DNA of 64,000 nucleotides, taken from a virus. Position 1 is the stretch's first letter. Each line of letters begins with the position of its first letter. The notes below the pieces were generated by a model that saw only the letters and a program-made list of their open reading frames with translations, was not told where the DNA came from and ran no database searches. The position numbers were made by a program, and so were the translations under genes. Where the stretch lies: positions 1 through 64,000 of the IMG/VR virus record IMGVR_UViG_3300045391_006216, one strand, 5' to 3'. This document shows, piece by piece, positions 1 to 9,974 of the stretch.

Positions 1-73
1 CTAATCAGCACCTTAATGGCTCGATAGCTTTCTTGTCTATTCCCTCAACTAAAAATTGTCCGGAGTATTGCTG

Positions 74-364
74 TTAATATAATTTGAATCTGAAATTTTT
101 ATTAATATAGTTTTCAATTGCTGTATTAACTGGTAGTTGATAAACGTAAGGCATGTAGGAATGATTGTGCATCCACAAATCCCATTCATCTGATTCGATA
201 TCAGGTTCAGATTCACATCCAACTTCTAATTGTTCTGCTACCCAACCATCATCTTCCTCCACCCATGCATGGGCTTGGGCGTACAATTTTGATTCACAGT
301 AGGGGCACTTGGCTATGTGGAGAGGAATTTCAAAAAGGCAATCGGCAGGTACTAAGATTGTCAT
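74..364 (-). CDS. Hypothetical CxxC (Zn-ribbon-like) phage protein
   Basis: CPYC motif; ATG at 364 preferred because the upstream extension runs into a palindromic repeat. Confidence 0.65.
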   Translation of the reverse strand: MTILVPADCLFEIPLHIAKCPYCESKLYAQAHAWVEEDDGWVAEQLEVGCESEPDIESDEWDLWMHNHSYMPYVYQLPVNTAIENYINKNFRFKLY

Positions 365-389
365 GGAATTTTGACTTAATTTAACGAGA

Positions 390-454
390 GAATCAGGGTT
401 TGAGGGTTGCATCTGGCAACCTAGTTGCCAGATAGGGATCTGAAACCCTCATTC
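390..454. repeat. About 65-bp nested palindromic element, related to the copies at 43317-43457
   Basis: Outer arms GAATCAGGGTTT / AAACCCTCATTC; inner hairpin ATCTGGCAAC-cta-GTTGCCAGAT. Confidence 0.8.
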
Positions 455-1765
455 TTTCGTTCGCCGCATTTGCTCTGCAATATCTGGAGACAGACGAGCT
501 AACCCCTGTTCTAAAACATCTTGCCTATCTGCTTCGGGGTCTAGACCTGGGGCGCGTTGGAAGCTGGGGTCGGCAATGGTTTTTGGGTCGGGGGGGTTGG
601 CGAGGATTTGTGCGCCGATGCGATTAAGTAGGCGCTCATTGGCAGAGAAGAAGGAACAGCGACAGCCAAATGCACAAGCTGGGGTTGCAACTTTCCAAAA
701 AGGGTGATTTGCCGCGATCGCCTTATTATCCAACGCTAAATGATTGGGCCTGGGAACAACAGAATCGCGGTGCTTCCACACCCAGTAAGGGCGACTTTGT
801 AGAATTTCGGGATTAGTAGCTTGTTCGTAGCGGCCAGCAGCGTAAGCGCGGCGGGAATTAGTATCCAGTATGGTGTAGATGCGTTTGTCGTTTGGTTGCC
901 AACCTTTACGCCCAATTAACCTTTTGAATTGGTTTTTAAAGGTTTCATGGTCGTTACCTTCAGATATGGCTTTATCGACCAACCAGCGTACATCTTCAAG
1001 TAAATCTGCTTTAGTTAGTCCAGAGACGGTAAAGGCGAAATCATGGTTTTGGGCGGTGAATTCGTCCCAGCGTTGAGTGGGGATAACGATTTTTTTACGA
1101 AAATATGCGATCGCTTCTTTGAAGGGCTGACTGAGCCATGCTGGGACTTTAGCATCAGTTCTTTGAGTGGCGATCGCTTGTTTTAATTCCTCAGAAGAAA
1201 TGTAGCGAGTCGGCAGTTCCTCAACACCTTCTTTTTTTGCCTTGGAAAGCCTATGCACTCCATCAACTACCGCTATTTTACCTTTGTAGTCAGTAATTAA
1301 AATAGGGGTAGTTACATCTGCTTTTTTTGCCCTTTCTTCGTCTACATCAGTGTGTTTTAAAATCCAATCAAGCTTGTTAATGCCGATGTTGGAAACTGGT
1401 TTTTTGCTGACAAGCTCTAAAACTTTATTTAGATTGTAACGATTGCCGTCGTGGGTAAATTCTGAGTCGATTTCTTCTTGGTAGCAATCGTATCCTTGAG
1501 CAATATAGCTTTCTCCACAAGGCTTACCAGCACTATCAGTCTTTTCTTCTAAAAATTCATCTTCTACCTCTGTCATCCCTGCTAAATAGGAAAGCAATCG
1601 GCACTCTTCAATTACTTGACTGAACAGATTAGTTTTAATTTTTGGATAAAGTTCTGCCGTGCGATCGCGCAAATCTTCTAGTGACGAAAATTGCCCTAAA
1701 TTTTTATAGACAGTGCGAATAATATAATCGAGTGGCAGTTTTTTTGCATATTTTTTAACTATCAA
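449..1765 (-). CDS. Phage head morphogenesis protein (MuF / SPP1 gp7-like) with a Cys tag and an inserted ParB/Srx-like domain
   Basis: AFTVSG..., TNSRRAYAAGRY, RPNHLALD...HPFW...P.CAFGCRC (MuF); PILI...VVDGVHRL.KA (ParB-like); GKPCGESYIAQGYDC. Confidence 0.88.
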   Translation of the reverse strand: MIVKKYAKKLPLDYIIRTVYKNLGQFSSLEDLRDRTAELYPKIKTNLFSQVIEECRLLSYLAGMTEVEDEFLEEKTDSAGKPCGESYIAQGYDCYQEEIDSEFTHDGNRYNLNKVLELVSKKPVSNIGINKLDWILKHTDVDEERAKKADVTTPILITDYKGKIAVVDGVHRLSKAKKEGVEELPTRYISSEELKQAIATQRTDAKVPAWLSQPFKEAIAYFRKKIVIPTQRWDEFTAQNHDFAFTVSGLTKADLLEDVRWLVDKAISEGNDHETFKNQFKRLIGRKGWQPNDKRIYTILDTNSRRAYAAGRYEQATNPEILQSRPYWVWKHRDSVVPRPNHLALDNKAIAANHPFWKVATPACAFGCRCSFFSANERLLNRIGAQILANPPDPKTIADPSFQRAPGLDPEADRQDVLEQGLARLSPDIAEQMRRTKE

Positions 1766-1783
1766 ATCAACAATATCGAAGTC

Positions 1784-1857
1784 AGAAGGAAGAGGAAAGA
1801 CGGAAGAAGGATGAACTTCTCTACCTTCTTCCTCCTTCCTTGTGACTTCTTCCTTCT
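1784..1857. repeat. Imperfect purine/pyrimidine inverted repeat built from GAAGGAA-type units
   Basis: agaaggaagaggaaagacggaagaagg ... ccttcttcctccttcc...cttcttccttct, intergenic. Confidence 0.5.
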
Positions 1858-2142
1858 CTACGCTATCAACTTTTTTTTTACATCATCTTCAAGCACAAGA
1901 GTAATTGGTTTTTTACCATAAACAACGACGGCGTACATTTCTTGAGCGCAAGCCATTGTCATGCCATAAACGTATTCAATTAACTTTAAAATATCAAAAT
2001 AATAAATTCTAGCTCTGGCACATTTAATAATGTCGAACTCGTCTTCATTCAAAGAAATATTTTTATTATCAATAATATCTAAAGTTTCTTTACCTATTTC
2101 GTATTCTGTCATTAATACCACGCGAGTTTGGGCGTCAAGCAT
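1858..2142 (-). CDS. Hypothetical protein
   Basis: 94-aa ORF overlapping the portal stop, likely co-transcribed. Confidence 0.6.
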   Translation of the reverse strand: MLDAQTRVVLMTEYEIGKETLDIIDNKNISLNEDEFDIIKCARARIYYFDILKLIEYVYGMTMACAQEMYAVVVYGKKPITLVLEDDVKKKLIA

Positions 2143-5100
2143 CTTTTAACCATCCCTTTTCTCTAAACACTCTATCAAATTCTGGTTCTATAGTAGACCT
2201 AAATTCAGCTTCGTCCCAGTGACCGTTACCGAATCTACCCCCACCTCTTTTAGATGAAATTCCATATTCATTAATGTACTGCCGGAGGTTTTCATCTCCT
2301 GATTTAATCGCTATATATTGACTGTAGGCTCTTGCAAAAGTTTCGTGGGGCGATAAGAGATATTCACCGTAGGCTTTAATTTGGGGATTGGTTGCGGCGT
2401 CGGTTGTTTGGCGGATTCTGGCTATACCTTGAGAATTTTCTAAGGTTGAAACCAAAGATGTAAGTTGTGGGTCTGCGGTGTTGGGGTTGGTCGTACCGTC
2501 TAGGTTCATGTCTGTAGTAGCAAAGCGATCGCTCGAACTACCCAAAGCTGTTAAATCTAAGGTGTGCCCCATTTCGTGGACAGTGGTTAATCCGACTAGA
2601 CTTTTAGCTTCAGACATGTTTTTACCGCTTGCTAAAGAAGCTTCCAACGCCGCGATGTTGAGATTGAACCCACCGAGTCTGAAAGATTTATTGCCTGTAG
2701 CGTCCGTTCTCCCAATAGACACCATCCCACCATAGTCGCCTGGGTGTTGTTTGTCGTTTTGTAACTCGATGTCGAATTGGGGTAGACCCTCCAAAGAATG
2801 CACCTGCTTGATTGAATTTAAAGCAGTGTCAACCGATTCTGCCATGACATTGATTAAAGCCCCGCGTATTTGGGCTTCTCGTTCGGAATCTGCTTCTAGT
2901 AGGTCGTCTGCGATCGCAAGTCCGGGTCCAGATTCGTCAAATTCTTCTTGGGACTTGACTTTAATTTTATGCTCTACTGGTTCAGGCTTTTGGGCTTCAC
3001 CTTTGCGGAAATATCCACCACCTTTTACCGTTTTGTCATTGACCCAGGTGTAACCGGGTCGCACTGGGTCAGAGTCTTCAACAAAAGAAGAAGCTTGAAT
3101 GTCTTCATTCCTTCTGCCCTCTGCCCTCTGCCTTCTGCCTTCACTATTCAATTCCCGCTTCCAAGAATAGCCACAGTAATTATTTTTAATACCAAACCCA
3201 TAAACGCCAAGTGTCGAATAAAATTCGCCATCAACAGTACCATCGGCTTTATACTTCCAATCGCCCAAACCTAATACCTGTTCGGGGAAAGTGGAGGTAA
3301 CTATGCCTAAAATTTGATGATTGTCTGGGGGATTATTGGTAAGTAATTTACTATCAAAAATTCTGACGCCTGTATTTAACTGGGGTTCGGAAATTGCACA
3401 GTTGTCTTTTCTATAAACTTGCAATTCGCTTGGATTAACTTTTTCAATTCCCCCGAAGCGATCGCGCCCTGCATGATAAGTAAAGCAATCTCTAGCAGAT
3501 GCAGCATCTTCAAATCCAATAAAATATTTATCTTCATCAAGCATCCCTGTTTGGGGGTCAAGTTGCCTGATTTTGAAAACATTGGGGGACTCCAGATTTT
3601 CTCCAAGGTAAAAATCTAGTGCTTTACCATCTGGGGCACTACCATAGCTACGGCGCAAATGCCCATACTCTGCAACCATCGGACGAGCAAGAGGAAATCG
3701 CGTATCTCCAACTTCATGAGTGATGCCAATTGATAGCCCATTCCAATTGACAATTTTTTTGGGTGGGTCGGCAGCATCTTGGTGACACTCTTTGTTACCT
3801 GGAATAAAACCATCGCCACACGGTTTACCACTACCTCCCCCTTTTTTTCCTTGATACAAAGTACTACCGTCGGCGGGAAGTTTTTTATTCCACAAATCTT
3901 TTCTGGCCCAGTAATTTGGGCTAAATGGATCGTTTTTGGTTAAATTGCCGCTTTTATCTTTGATTCCGGCAGAACGAGTGAGGTAATTTTTTTTCGCTTG
4001 CTCTGAGTAGTTGTGCTGATAGCCTTCTGCACCGTAATGAACCAACTTGACGCGATCGCCAACTTTGGCCAGCACCATCCGCTTTTTATCTTGACGGCTA
4101 CTTGCTATCGGTTTATTGGGTTGCCACCACTTACCCAGATAGCGAACCCGTCCTTGTTCGTCCTTTGGTAATTCGGAATACAAGGCATCATACCTTTCTG
4201 AGTCCTGATTTGTTGCTTCTTCGGGTGCTGGTTGTTCGTCTGGTGGTAATTCTTCTTCACCAAACCCTTCAAATCCACCAAATTGTTGCTGCTGTGCTTC
4301 TTGTTGTTTCTTAGAGAAAAGTTTTTCGTCTAAAACAGTTTCAATGGAGTATTTCGACCCGCCAAAACGGGAAGCTCGGACTTCTTCAGGAAGCAGCACA
4401 CCAGTGGCTAGATAAGTGTTATCGATTGAAGATTGGCTAGACCGAGCGCTGACAATTTCAGTCTCAGACTGTTGCAGCAAGGAGGGGAATTCATAATCCC
4501 AATCCTCCGGTTCTTTTCCTGCTGTGGGGCCATCTTTAGCCAAAAAAATGAGTCTTCCAAAGTCTTTTAGTTTAGGCTTCCATTCAGTCTGCTGAAAAGA
4601 AGCGACATCAGAGGCCCAGTTTTTCTCTTCGCTTTCGCCGGTTGCCCCTAATCCACTAGGGGATTCACCAAATAATCGGTCGTGGGGAATGCCAGTTGAG
4701 CCGATGAAAGCGTCTCTGAGTTGAGTGGCAACTTGATCCACGCCTGCAAAGGTGCGGCTAGGAAATTCAATATTTTCACCGTCGGCGTCAGCTGCGAACC
4801 CTCCAAAAACCGAAATCATCATCCGCATCAATCGCAGACGAGATTTAAGGAGCATCTCATCTTGGGCTTTAATCATTTGTGCTAAGCCTTTGAGCTTGTA
4901 CACAAACACCGAGCAATCATGGAGCATCGCGCCGAGCGCTTTTAGTGCAGTTTTCCAATCCCGATAATCTTCCCAAAGTAACTCTAGAACGCTGCCTCCC
5001 CATCCTTCGTTATAGGAAAGCATATCGGGTGTGTACGAAACACCATCAAATCGAATAATTCGAGATGCGTGAATTTTAAAATCTGTACCTTGATTAGGGA

Positions 5101-5650
5101 ACAGTTCATTAAATTTACGCTGCAAAAATTCCGGCAGCAATAACCGATAAAACTCCGGATTTGCTGGATTAATACCTAGACTTAGTTCTGGTTGAATTTT
5201 GTGACGGTCAAGGACTTCTAACGCAGTAATAGTCTTGATTTTTGTTACATCTAAAGGCTCTGAAGCATTTTTACCGTCGTTGACGACGATTACAATCACT
5301 GCACCACCGTAGATATTGGCTTGGATTTGAGCTTCGTGAAAACTTTCTTTGACCTTTAATTTATCGTGATATTTAGTAAATTTAGAAATTATTTTTTGGT
5401 CTGATTTTTCACCGCCCAAAGTTAAATGCCATCCCTTTAGCACGGCGCTATCCGCCCTTGCCCTAACCACTCTCCGGCAAATGGGGACTTTATATAGTTC
5501 TTCTAAATCTTGTTTGGGAATTTTGTAACTTCTACCAACTGTAGTGTGTTCGGAGCGATCGCCACTAGTCCCCATTTGAGTAATCAAATTGACTAAAGCC
5601 GCGTCTAGCCGAATATCGTCGTCTTCAAGTAAAAAAGGATTTGCATTCAT
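2135..5650 (-). CDS. Portal protein (DUF1073-like) with about 700 aa of C-terminal cargo domains
   Basis: Portal motifs IHASRIIRFDG, WGGSVL, GIPHDRLFGESPSGLGATGE; then a HYGA.GY...SPNYWARK.LW domain, a Cys tag, an InPase-like domain (EYG...DGKALDFYLG...DEDK.FIGF) and a zincin (HEMGH at 2564-2578 ... ETFARAYSQY). Confidence 0.88.
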   Translation of the reverse strand: MNANPFLLEDDDIRLDAALVNLITQMGTSGDRSEHTTVGRSYKIPKQDLEELYKVPICRRVVRARADSAVLKGWHLTLGGEKSDQKIISKFTKYHDKLKVKESFHEAQIQANIYGGAVIVIVVNDGKNASEPLDVTKIKTITALEVLDRHKIQPELSLGINPANPEFYRLLLPEFLQRKFNELFPNQGTDFKIHASRIIRFDGVSYTPDMLSYNEGWGGSVLELLWEDYRDWKTALKALGAMLHDCSVFVYKLKGLAQMIKAQDEMLLKSRLRLMRMMISVFGGFAADADGENIEFPSRTFAGVDQVATQLRDAFIGSTGIPHDRLFGESPSGLGATGESEEKNWASDVASFQQTEWKPKLKDFGRLIFLAKDGPTAGKEPEDWDYEFPSLLQQSETEIVSARSSQSSIDNTYLATGVLLPEEVRASRFGGSKYSIETVLDEKLFSKKQQEAQQQQFGGFEGFGEEELPPDEQPAPEEATNQDSERYDALYSELPKDEQGRVRYLGKWWQPNKPIASSRQDKKRMVLAKVGDRVKLVHYGAEGYQHNYSEQAKKNYLTRSAGIKDKSGNLTKNDPFSPNYWARKDLWNKKLPADGSTLYQGKKGGGSGKPCGDGFIPGNKECHQDAADPPKKIVNWNGLSIGITHEVGDTRFPLARPMVAEYGHLRRSYGSAPDGKALDFYLGENLESPNVFKIRQLDPQTGMLDEDKYFIGFEDAASARDCFTYHAGRDRFGGIEKVNPSELQVYRKDNCAISEPQLNTGVRIFDSKLLTNNPPDNHQILGIVTSTFPEQVLGLGDWKYKADGTVDGEFYSTLGVYGFGIKNNYCGYSWKRELNSEGRRQRAEGRRNEDIQASSFVEDSDPVRPGYTWVNDKTVKGGGYFRKGEAQKPEPVEHKIKVKSQEEFDESGPGLAIADDLLEADSEREAQIRGALINVMAESVDTALNSIKQVHSLEGLPQFDIELQNDKQHPGDYGGMVSIGRTDATGNKSFRLGGFNLNIAALEASLASGKNMSEAKSLVGLTTVHEMGHTLDLTALGSSSDRFATTDMNLDGTTNPNTADPQLTSLVSTLENSQGIARIRQTTDAATNPQIKAYGEYLLSPHETFARAYSQYIAIKSGDENLRQYINEYGISSKRGGGRFGNGHWDEAEFRSTIEPEFDRVFREKGWLKDA
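3110..3141. repeat. Heptamer tandem repeat (CTGCCCT/CTGCCTT) in frame inside the portal gene
   Basis: cttctgccctctgccctctgccttctgcctt encodes EGRRQRAEGRR. Confidence 0.7.
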
Positions 5651-5706
5651 AGCATCGATGATGCAAAACCTTCAACTTGAATTCAATAAATTGGACTGCA
5701 TCAATG

Positions 5707-5731
5707 AAGTTTTGCTGAAACAGCAAAACTT
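5707..5731. promoter_or_regulatory. Palindromic operator-like site in a divergent promoter region
   Basis: AAGTTTTGCTG-AAA-CAGCAAAACTT is a perfect 11-bp inverted repeat; the TTTCAGCAAA core recurs at 34045, 46564 and 61583. Confidence 0.55.
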
Positions 5732-5789
5732 TTACTTTTAGCCAAGCAATCAATGAAAATAAAAAGCAGTTTTATCAATTGCATTCATT

Positions 5790-6440
5790 ATGCCAAGTGG
5801 AGTTATTGACTACGACCGCCCAAAAAATACGTCTACCACCCCAACTGAATTAGAGGCAGAATACAGAATTAGTTCTGTTGAAAGCAACAAAATCAAAGTC
5901 GAGTGGTATCTAACTTTAAATCCTGATAACATACCGCAGGTTTCTACTGTTACTATTACTGCTGGTAGCACGGGGGATGAATACGCTGCAAAAGTTACTG
6001 TAGGTAGTAGTGTTTTAACTTATAGGCACAAACAAGTAGCCAGCGAAACAGCTTCATCTATTGCGGCTTTTTTGGCAACTTTGATTAATACTAATCCCAA
6101 CGTCCAAGCTACAAGCACAGGGGCGGTAATTACAATTAAGTCGTTGATACCTGGGCAAGCATTTACACTTGCTAATACCGATTCGACTACAGTGGGCAAT
6201 GTGGTTATAGCCACTACTACTGCCAATTCGGGAACTGCATTGCACAGAAAAATTGCAGAGGCGGAAGTTAGTTTTAGCGCTAGTGAATCTGGGTTTCCAA
6301 AAATCAGTACTTCTGGTAAGTGGTACGATGCTGCATTATCACCAGTACAAAAACAAACCTTTGGCCCGTTAATTGGTACTGGATATGCCACGCTAGATGC
6401 TATACAGACCGCCCAAGGAATTACAAGACCTTCTAGTTAA
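5790..6440 (+). CDS. Putative virion structural protein (Thr/Ser/Ala-rich beta domain)
   Basis: VTIT...Y..KVT......TASSIA..LA..IN...V.A.....ITI resembles the insert in the decoration protein at 31780-32646. Confidence 0.6.
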   Translation: MPSGVIDYDRPKNTSTTPTELEAEYRISSVESNKIKVEWYLTLNPDNIPQVSTVTITAGSTGDEYAAKVTVGSSVLTYRHKQVASETASSIAAFLATLINTNPNVQATSTGAVITIKSLIPGQAFTLANTDSTTVGNVVIATTTANSGTALHRKIAEAEVSFSASESGFPKISTSGKWYDAALSPVQKQTFGPLIGTGYATLDAIQTAQGITRPSS

Positions 6441-6449
6441 TTTGCGGTA

Positions 6450-7118
6450 GTGGAAGTCAAAAAAATTTACCGGGCATGGATAGAGTCAAAGCAAGAAGTC
6501 ATCCAAGCTTTGGCTATACCGCATCTAGTAAAAGTATCTGCCGATAAATTGCAGATGACTTTTAGAACAAAAAATGAATGTAGCGAACTAAATGCCATTG
6601 CATTAGGTTTAGATTATCAAATTGAACACGATGTCCAAACCACAGAATTACTGCAAGCTCATCCAAAATCTCAAAGTAGCAGATTAAAAAATACTTCTGG
6701 TGAAACTAATTTTCAATTAGTCGAATCAGAGCTTAATAATGCTATGGCTTATTACTTAGTTGATTCTGCTCAAAAAACAGGTGAGGGAATTGGACTAGAA
6801 ATTGTTGAACATCCAGATGATGTACTGGATGATGACCAAATCGCTATTAGTCCTGAAGGTAGAATTTACGTCTCTAAAAACGTGAAGGACAAAGTAGTTA
6901 AAGTCCGCACATCTATTGTTTACCCTAGACAAGTGATAGTGATGCAGACTCCTTTAGAACAAATAAATGCTCATTTAGTTTATCTATCAAAAAACGGAAA
7001 TATTGAATATCTGGGTATCAAAGGAGAATTAGAACAAAATAAAGGTGTCTCTACAAAAAATAAATTGTCTACTGTAAAAATAAACATTACTGAAAAAAAA
7101 GTTGAGGACTTAGCTTGA
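6450..7118 (+). CDS. Hypothetical protein, possibly structural
   Basis: 222-aa ORF in the operon. Confidence 0.65.
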   Translation: MEVKKIYRAWIESKQEVIQALAIPHLVKVSADKLQMTFRTKNECSELNAIALGLDYQIEHDVQTTELLQAHPKSQSSRLKNTSGETNFQLVESELNNAMAYYLVDSAQKTGEGIGLEIVEHPDDVLDDDQIAISPEGRIYVSKNVKDKVVKVRTSIVYPRQVIVMQTPLEQINAHLVYLSKNGNIEYLGIKGELEQNKGVSTKNKLSTVKINITEKKVEDLA

Positions 7119-7636
7119 TTTATTTTTTAGACGCTGAATTTATCGAAAACGGTAAAACAATAGATTTAATCGATATTGGTATCACTAACTTAAGTGGTAA
7201 AGAAATTTATTTGTTAAATTGGGATTGTGATTACAGTAAAGCCAGTGATTGGGTAAAAGAAAATGTTTTAGCTGCCTTACCCCCTAAGCCAGATGAACCA
7301 CAAGGTTGGTGGATTAAAAAGCAAGATATGGCATCTATAGTTAAAGATTATATTACACTCAATTCAGATAATAATAAACCAGAATTTTGGGGCGAATGGT
7401 GCAGTTATGACTGGGTAGCTTTTTGTCAAATTTTTGGAACAATGATGGATTTACCTAGCGGTTTTCCCATGTATTGCAACGACATCATTCAATTTAGTGA
7501 AACTCATCTCGGAATCCCTACAAATCAACTACCACCTTCTTTAGAAACGCCAGGAAAACACAACGGATTATTGGGAGCCAGAACAGTCAAAATGCGTTGG
7601 TCGTGGTTAGTTTCTAAGCAATGTGGAAACGCCTAG
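7115..7636 (+). CDS. DEDDh 3'-5' exonuclease (Rv2179c/DUF5051-like)
   Basis: YFLDAEFIE.G.TIDLI, WVKENV, YDWV.FCQIFG.MM.LP.GFP, HNGL. Confidence 0.85.
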   Translation: MIYFLDAEFIENGKTIDLIDIGITNLSGKEIYLLNWDCDYSKASDWVKENVLAALPPKPDEPQGWWIKKQDMASIVKDYITLNSDNNKPEFWGEWCSYDWVAFCQIFGTMMDLPSGFPMYCNDIIQFSETHLGIPTNQLPPSLETPGKHNGLLGARTVKMRWSWLVSKQCGNA

Positions 7637-8274
7637 ATTTTATTGATGGGGATTTTGTTTTACTATTCAAAAGTGATATTCCAGCACATTTGCACTTGCA
7701 AATTCGTGCCTACCACATGGAATTACAGCAAGAATTATCTGGAATACCAGTTTGGCCGGTTGATGAGGTGTCTGCCGTTTTGTACAACAATTTTGGTAAG
7801 TATTTTTGCAAAGTTACTGACCTGCTGAAATTAGACTGCGATCGCCTAACCGATGAGTCCCGGCATTTACTTTTAGTTTGTAGCGCTCCAGTGGGAGAAG
7901 GAGAGAATTTAAGACCTGGGTTGTCTTACTTAGAACAGTTGATGGGTTACTCATTAGAGCAAAAGCCGCAACAATCTGCGCCTTCATCCACACCCCCACC
8001 GACGACTGGAGACTATGTATTAGATGTCAAAGCCGATTTATACCTGATATTTAAACGGCACGCTCCTCAACTTTGGCAGATGCACTCACTAGAAGAGTGC
8101 GCTTTGCTTTGCAAACAGGCATCAGAAAGGATGAAAGACCCAGATGAAAAAGAAGACTCTACAGGATGGGATAAAAAAGCCAAGGTGGTAGACGATGATA
8201 TTTTCTTAGAGAAAAAGTCTGAGGTGATATCTCGGCTTAGCGCAATCGGGGTTAGTGTACCGGAAGAATTTTAA
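7621..8274 (+). CDS. Hypothetical protein
   Basis: 217-aa ORF in the operon. Confidence 0.65.
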   Translation: MWKRLDFIDGDFVLLFKSDIPAHLHLQIRAYHMELQQELSGIPVWPVDEVSAVLYNNFGKYFCKVTDLLKLDCDRLTDESRHLLLVCSAPVGEGENLRPGLSYLEQLMGYSLEQKPQQSAPSSTPPPTTGDYVLDVKADLYLIFKRHAPQLWQMHSLEECALLCKQASERMKDPDEKEDSTGWDKKAKVVDDDIFLEKKSEVISRLSAIGVSVPEEF

Positions 8275-8519
8275 GGTATTATTCCTTCTAATGATTTTTT
8301 CATTTTTTCAATTTGAGCTTTCTTTCTTAATCCTACTTGATACTTTCTTTGATGTCGCGATCGCCTTTTTTGACGTATACCCATGTTTTTATTCGAGGGT
8401 GAATAATTTGTTGAGTAAATCATCTTATAAAGAGTTGACATGTACTGCTGATTAAGCCAAATCATCAAATCTTCGCTTGATAAATTAGTCATGATTTTAT
8501 GCCTAGCCCATATTCTCAA
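8271..8519 (-). CDS. Small basic hypothetical protein
   Basis: Lys/Arg-rich ORF that fills the gap between + strand genes. Confidence 0.35.
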   Translation of the reverse strand: MRIWARHKIMTNLSSEDLMIWLNQQYMSTLYKMIYSTNYSPSNKNMGIRQKRRSRHQRKYQVGLRKKAQIEKMKKSLEGIIP

Positions 8520-8984
8520 TTATGCTCAGATTTCTTTGTTGAACTCAATCAATATTTTGTTAACTATTTTGAACTTGCCCCCACCTACAGGTACGAAGGG
8601 ATTGCTGAAGGCGATCGCTTTGGAATCATTACCTTTAGATCATTGACAGAAGATAATAATAAAGCGGCAGGACGAGCAGTCAGGGGTGGGTTCCAGTTTT
8701 TAAATCTACAAATGGAAATCTTGATGACATTTGGCGCAAGCAATCGTATTGCATCTGAGGCGCTTTCTCTATCAACAGCATTAGATTTACATCACGGCAT
8801 ACCAGCTTTAAAGCAATTTTTTGAAGGACGGTTGATTTATGATTTAATGGTCAGTTCAGAGATTGTTTCTGTGAAAAGACAAACCCTCAAGCCTCCAAAT
8901 AATTGGATTGTAGATATTACTTGTGAAGCAACAGCAAATATGTCAATTTTTGTTGATATTAATGGGCAACATTTAATGAAATAA
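8499..8984 (+). CDS. Hypothetical protein, possibly tail terminator/completion-like
   Basis: 161 aa; the function is guessed from size and alpha/beta pattern only. Confidence 0.55.
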   Translation: MPSPYSQLCSDFFVELNQYFVNYFELAPTYRYEGIAEGDRFGIITFRSLTEDNNKAAGRAVRGGFQFLNLQMEILMTFGASNRIASEALSLSTALDLHHGIPALKQFFEGRLIYDLMVSSEIVSVKRQTLKPPNNWIVDITCEATANMSIFVDINGQHLMK

Positions 8985-9016
8985 GCATAATTGTAATTGA
9001 GTCTAGAGGAGTTAAT

Positions 9017-9235
9017 ATGACAACATCAACAGAGCAAATTTCTGGTGAAACAATTGGTAAGTTAGCTGAATTGGTTCAAAGATTGATTCAGGCTAAAAAC
9101 GTCGCCGAAGAAGAAAGGGACGCAGCAAAACAAGAAGCAGCAGAACTATTAAACCTTGGAGGTAGTAATTTAGAAAAAATAAATCAGTTAATAGATGCGG
9201 CTGCTGCGGCACTTCCTGATGTAACTGCTTTATAG
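9017..9235 (+). CDS. Small coiled-coil hypothetical protein
   Basis: Strong RBS (gaggag) before the ATG. Confidence 0.7.
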   Translation: MTTSTEQISGETIGKLAELVQRLIQAKNVAEEERDAAKQEAAELLNLGGSNLEKINQLIDAAAAALPDVTAL

Positions 9236-9329
9236 GAAGAAATTATACTTTTTTATTCTTCCTTTTTCTAAAGATTAGTAGTTGCCAAAAATTAGACATT
9301 TGGCAACTTTTATTTATAAGCGGGGAAAC

Positions 9330-9854
9330 ATGGAATTTAAAATTCGGGGAAAAGTTTTTGCGATCGCCAACAGTAGCGACACGCTACTGAGTAAAGTAGC
9401 AGCATCTCTGCAAAATGGCATGGTCAACCCAGAAGATGACGCTAGAGTTGCCTATGCGTTAGTCACTGCTTGTCCTACAATTACGCCAGATATTGCTAGT
9501 TACCAAAGTGCATCCAATTTTAAAATGACATTGGATAGCTTAGAAATTAGCAGATTCATGATAGCGTTAAACGTTACTATTTTGGAGCGCTCTAAGGTTC
9601 AAAATGATGCGGATAAAACGCCTTTGAAATATAAAATAATTGAACTCAAAAGAGCGTTGGTAGACTTAGAAAAAGGTTTAACACCAGAACAAGTAAAAAT
9701 TGTCATGAATCAAGTTCAAGTCAATCAAACTGATACAGAATCAGATGGTGAATTGAAGTCAGCAAATCCACCAGATGAATACGAAGAAGCACCGTTAACG
9801 CCAGAGCAACAATCATTAGCAAGGATGTTACTCAAGCAGTATAGCGAGACTTGA
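9330..9854 (+). CDS. Hypothetical protein
   Basis: ATG at 9330 after a ggggaaac RBS-like sequence. Confidence 0.65.
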   Translation: MEFKIRGKVFAIANSSDTLLSKVAASLQNGMVNPEDDARVAYALVTACPTITPDIASYQSASNFKMTLDSLEISRFMIALNVTILERSKVQNDADKTPLKYKIIELKRALVDLEKGLTPEQVKIVMNQVQVNQTDTESDGELKSANPPDEYEEAPLTPEQQSLARMLLKQYSET

Positions 9855-9974
9855 TTAATTGTTGCGATGCTATGGGACAATTAATTATTGTATAGTATCG
9901 CATCTGAAAAAATTCGAGAATTCACCTAAAGATTTAGAAAAATTTGTAGATAATCTTTATTGCTAACTTGTCAT

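Noticed and set aside
4300-5650. Anti-CBASS Acb1 label for the portal
   Set aside because: No paired HxT 2H-phosphoesterase motifs were seen; the cargo domains are different
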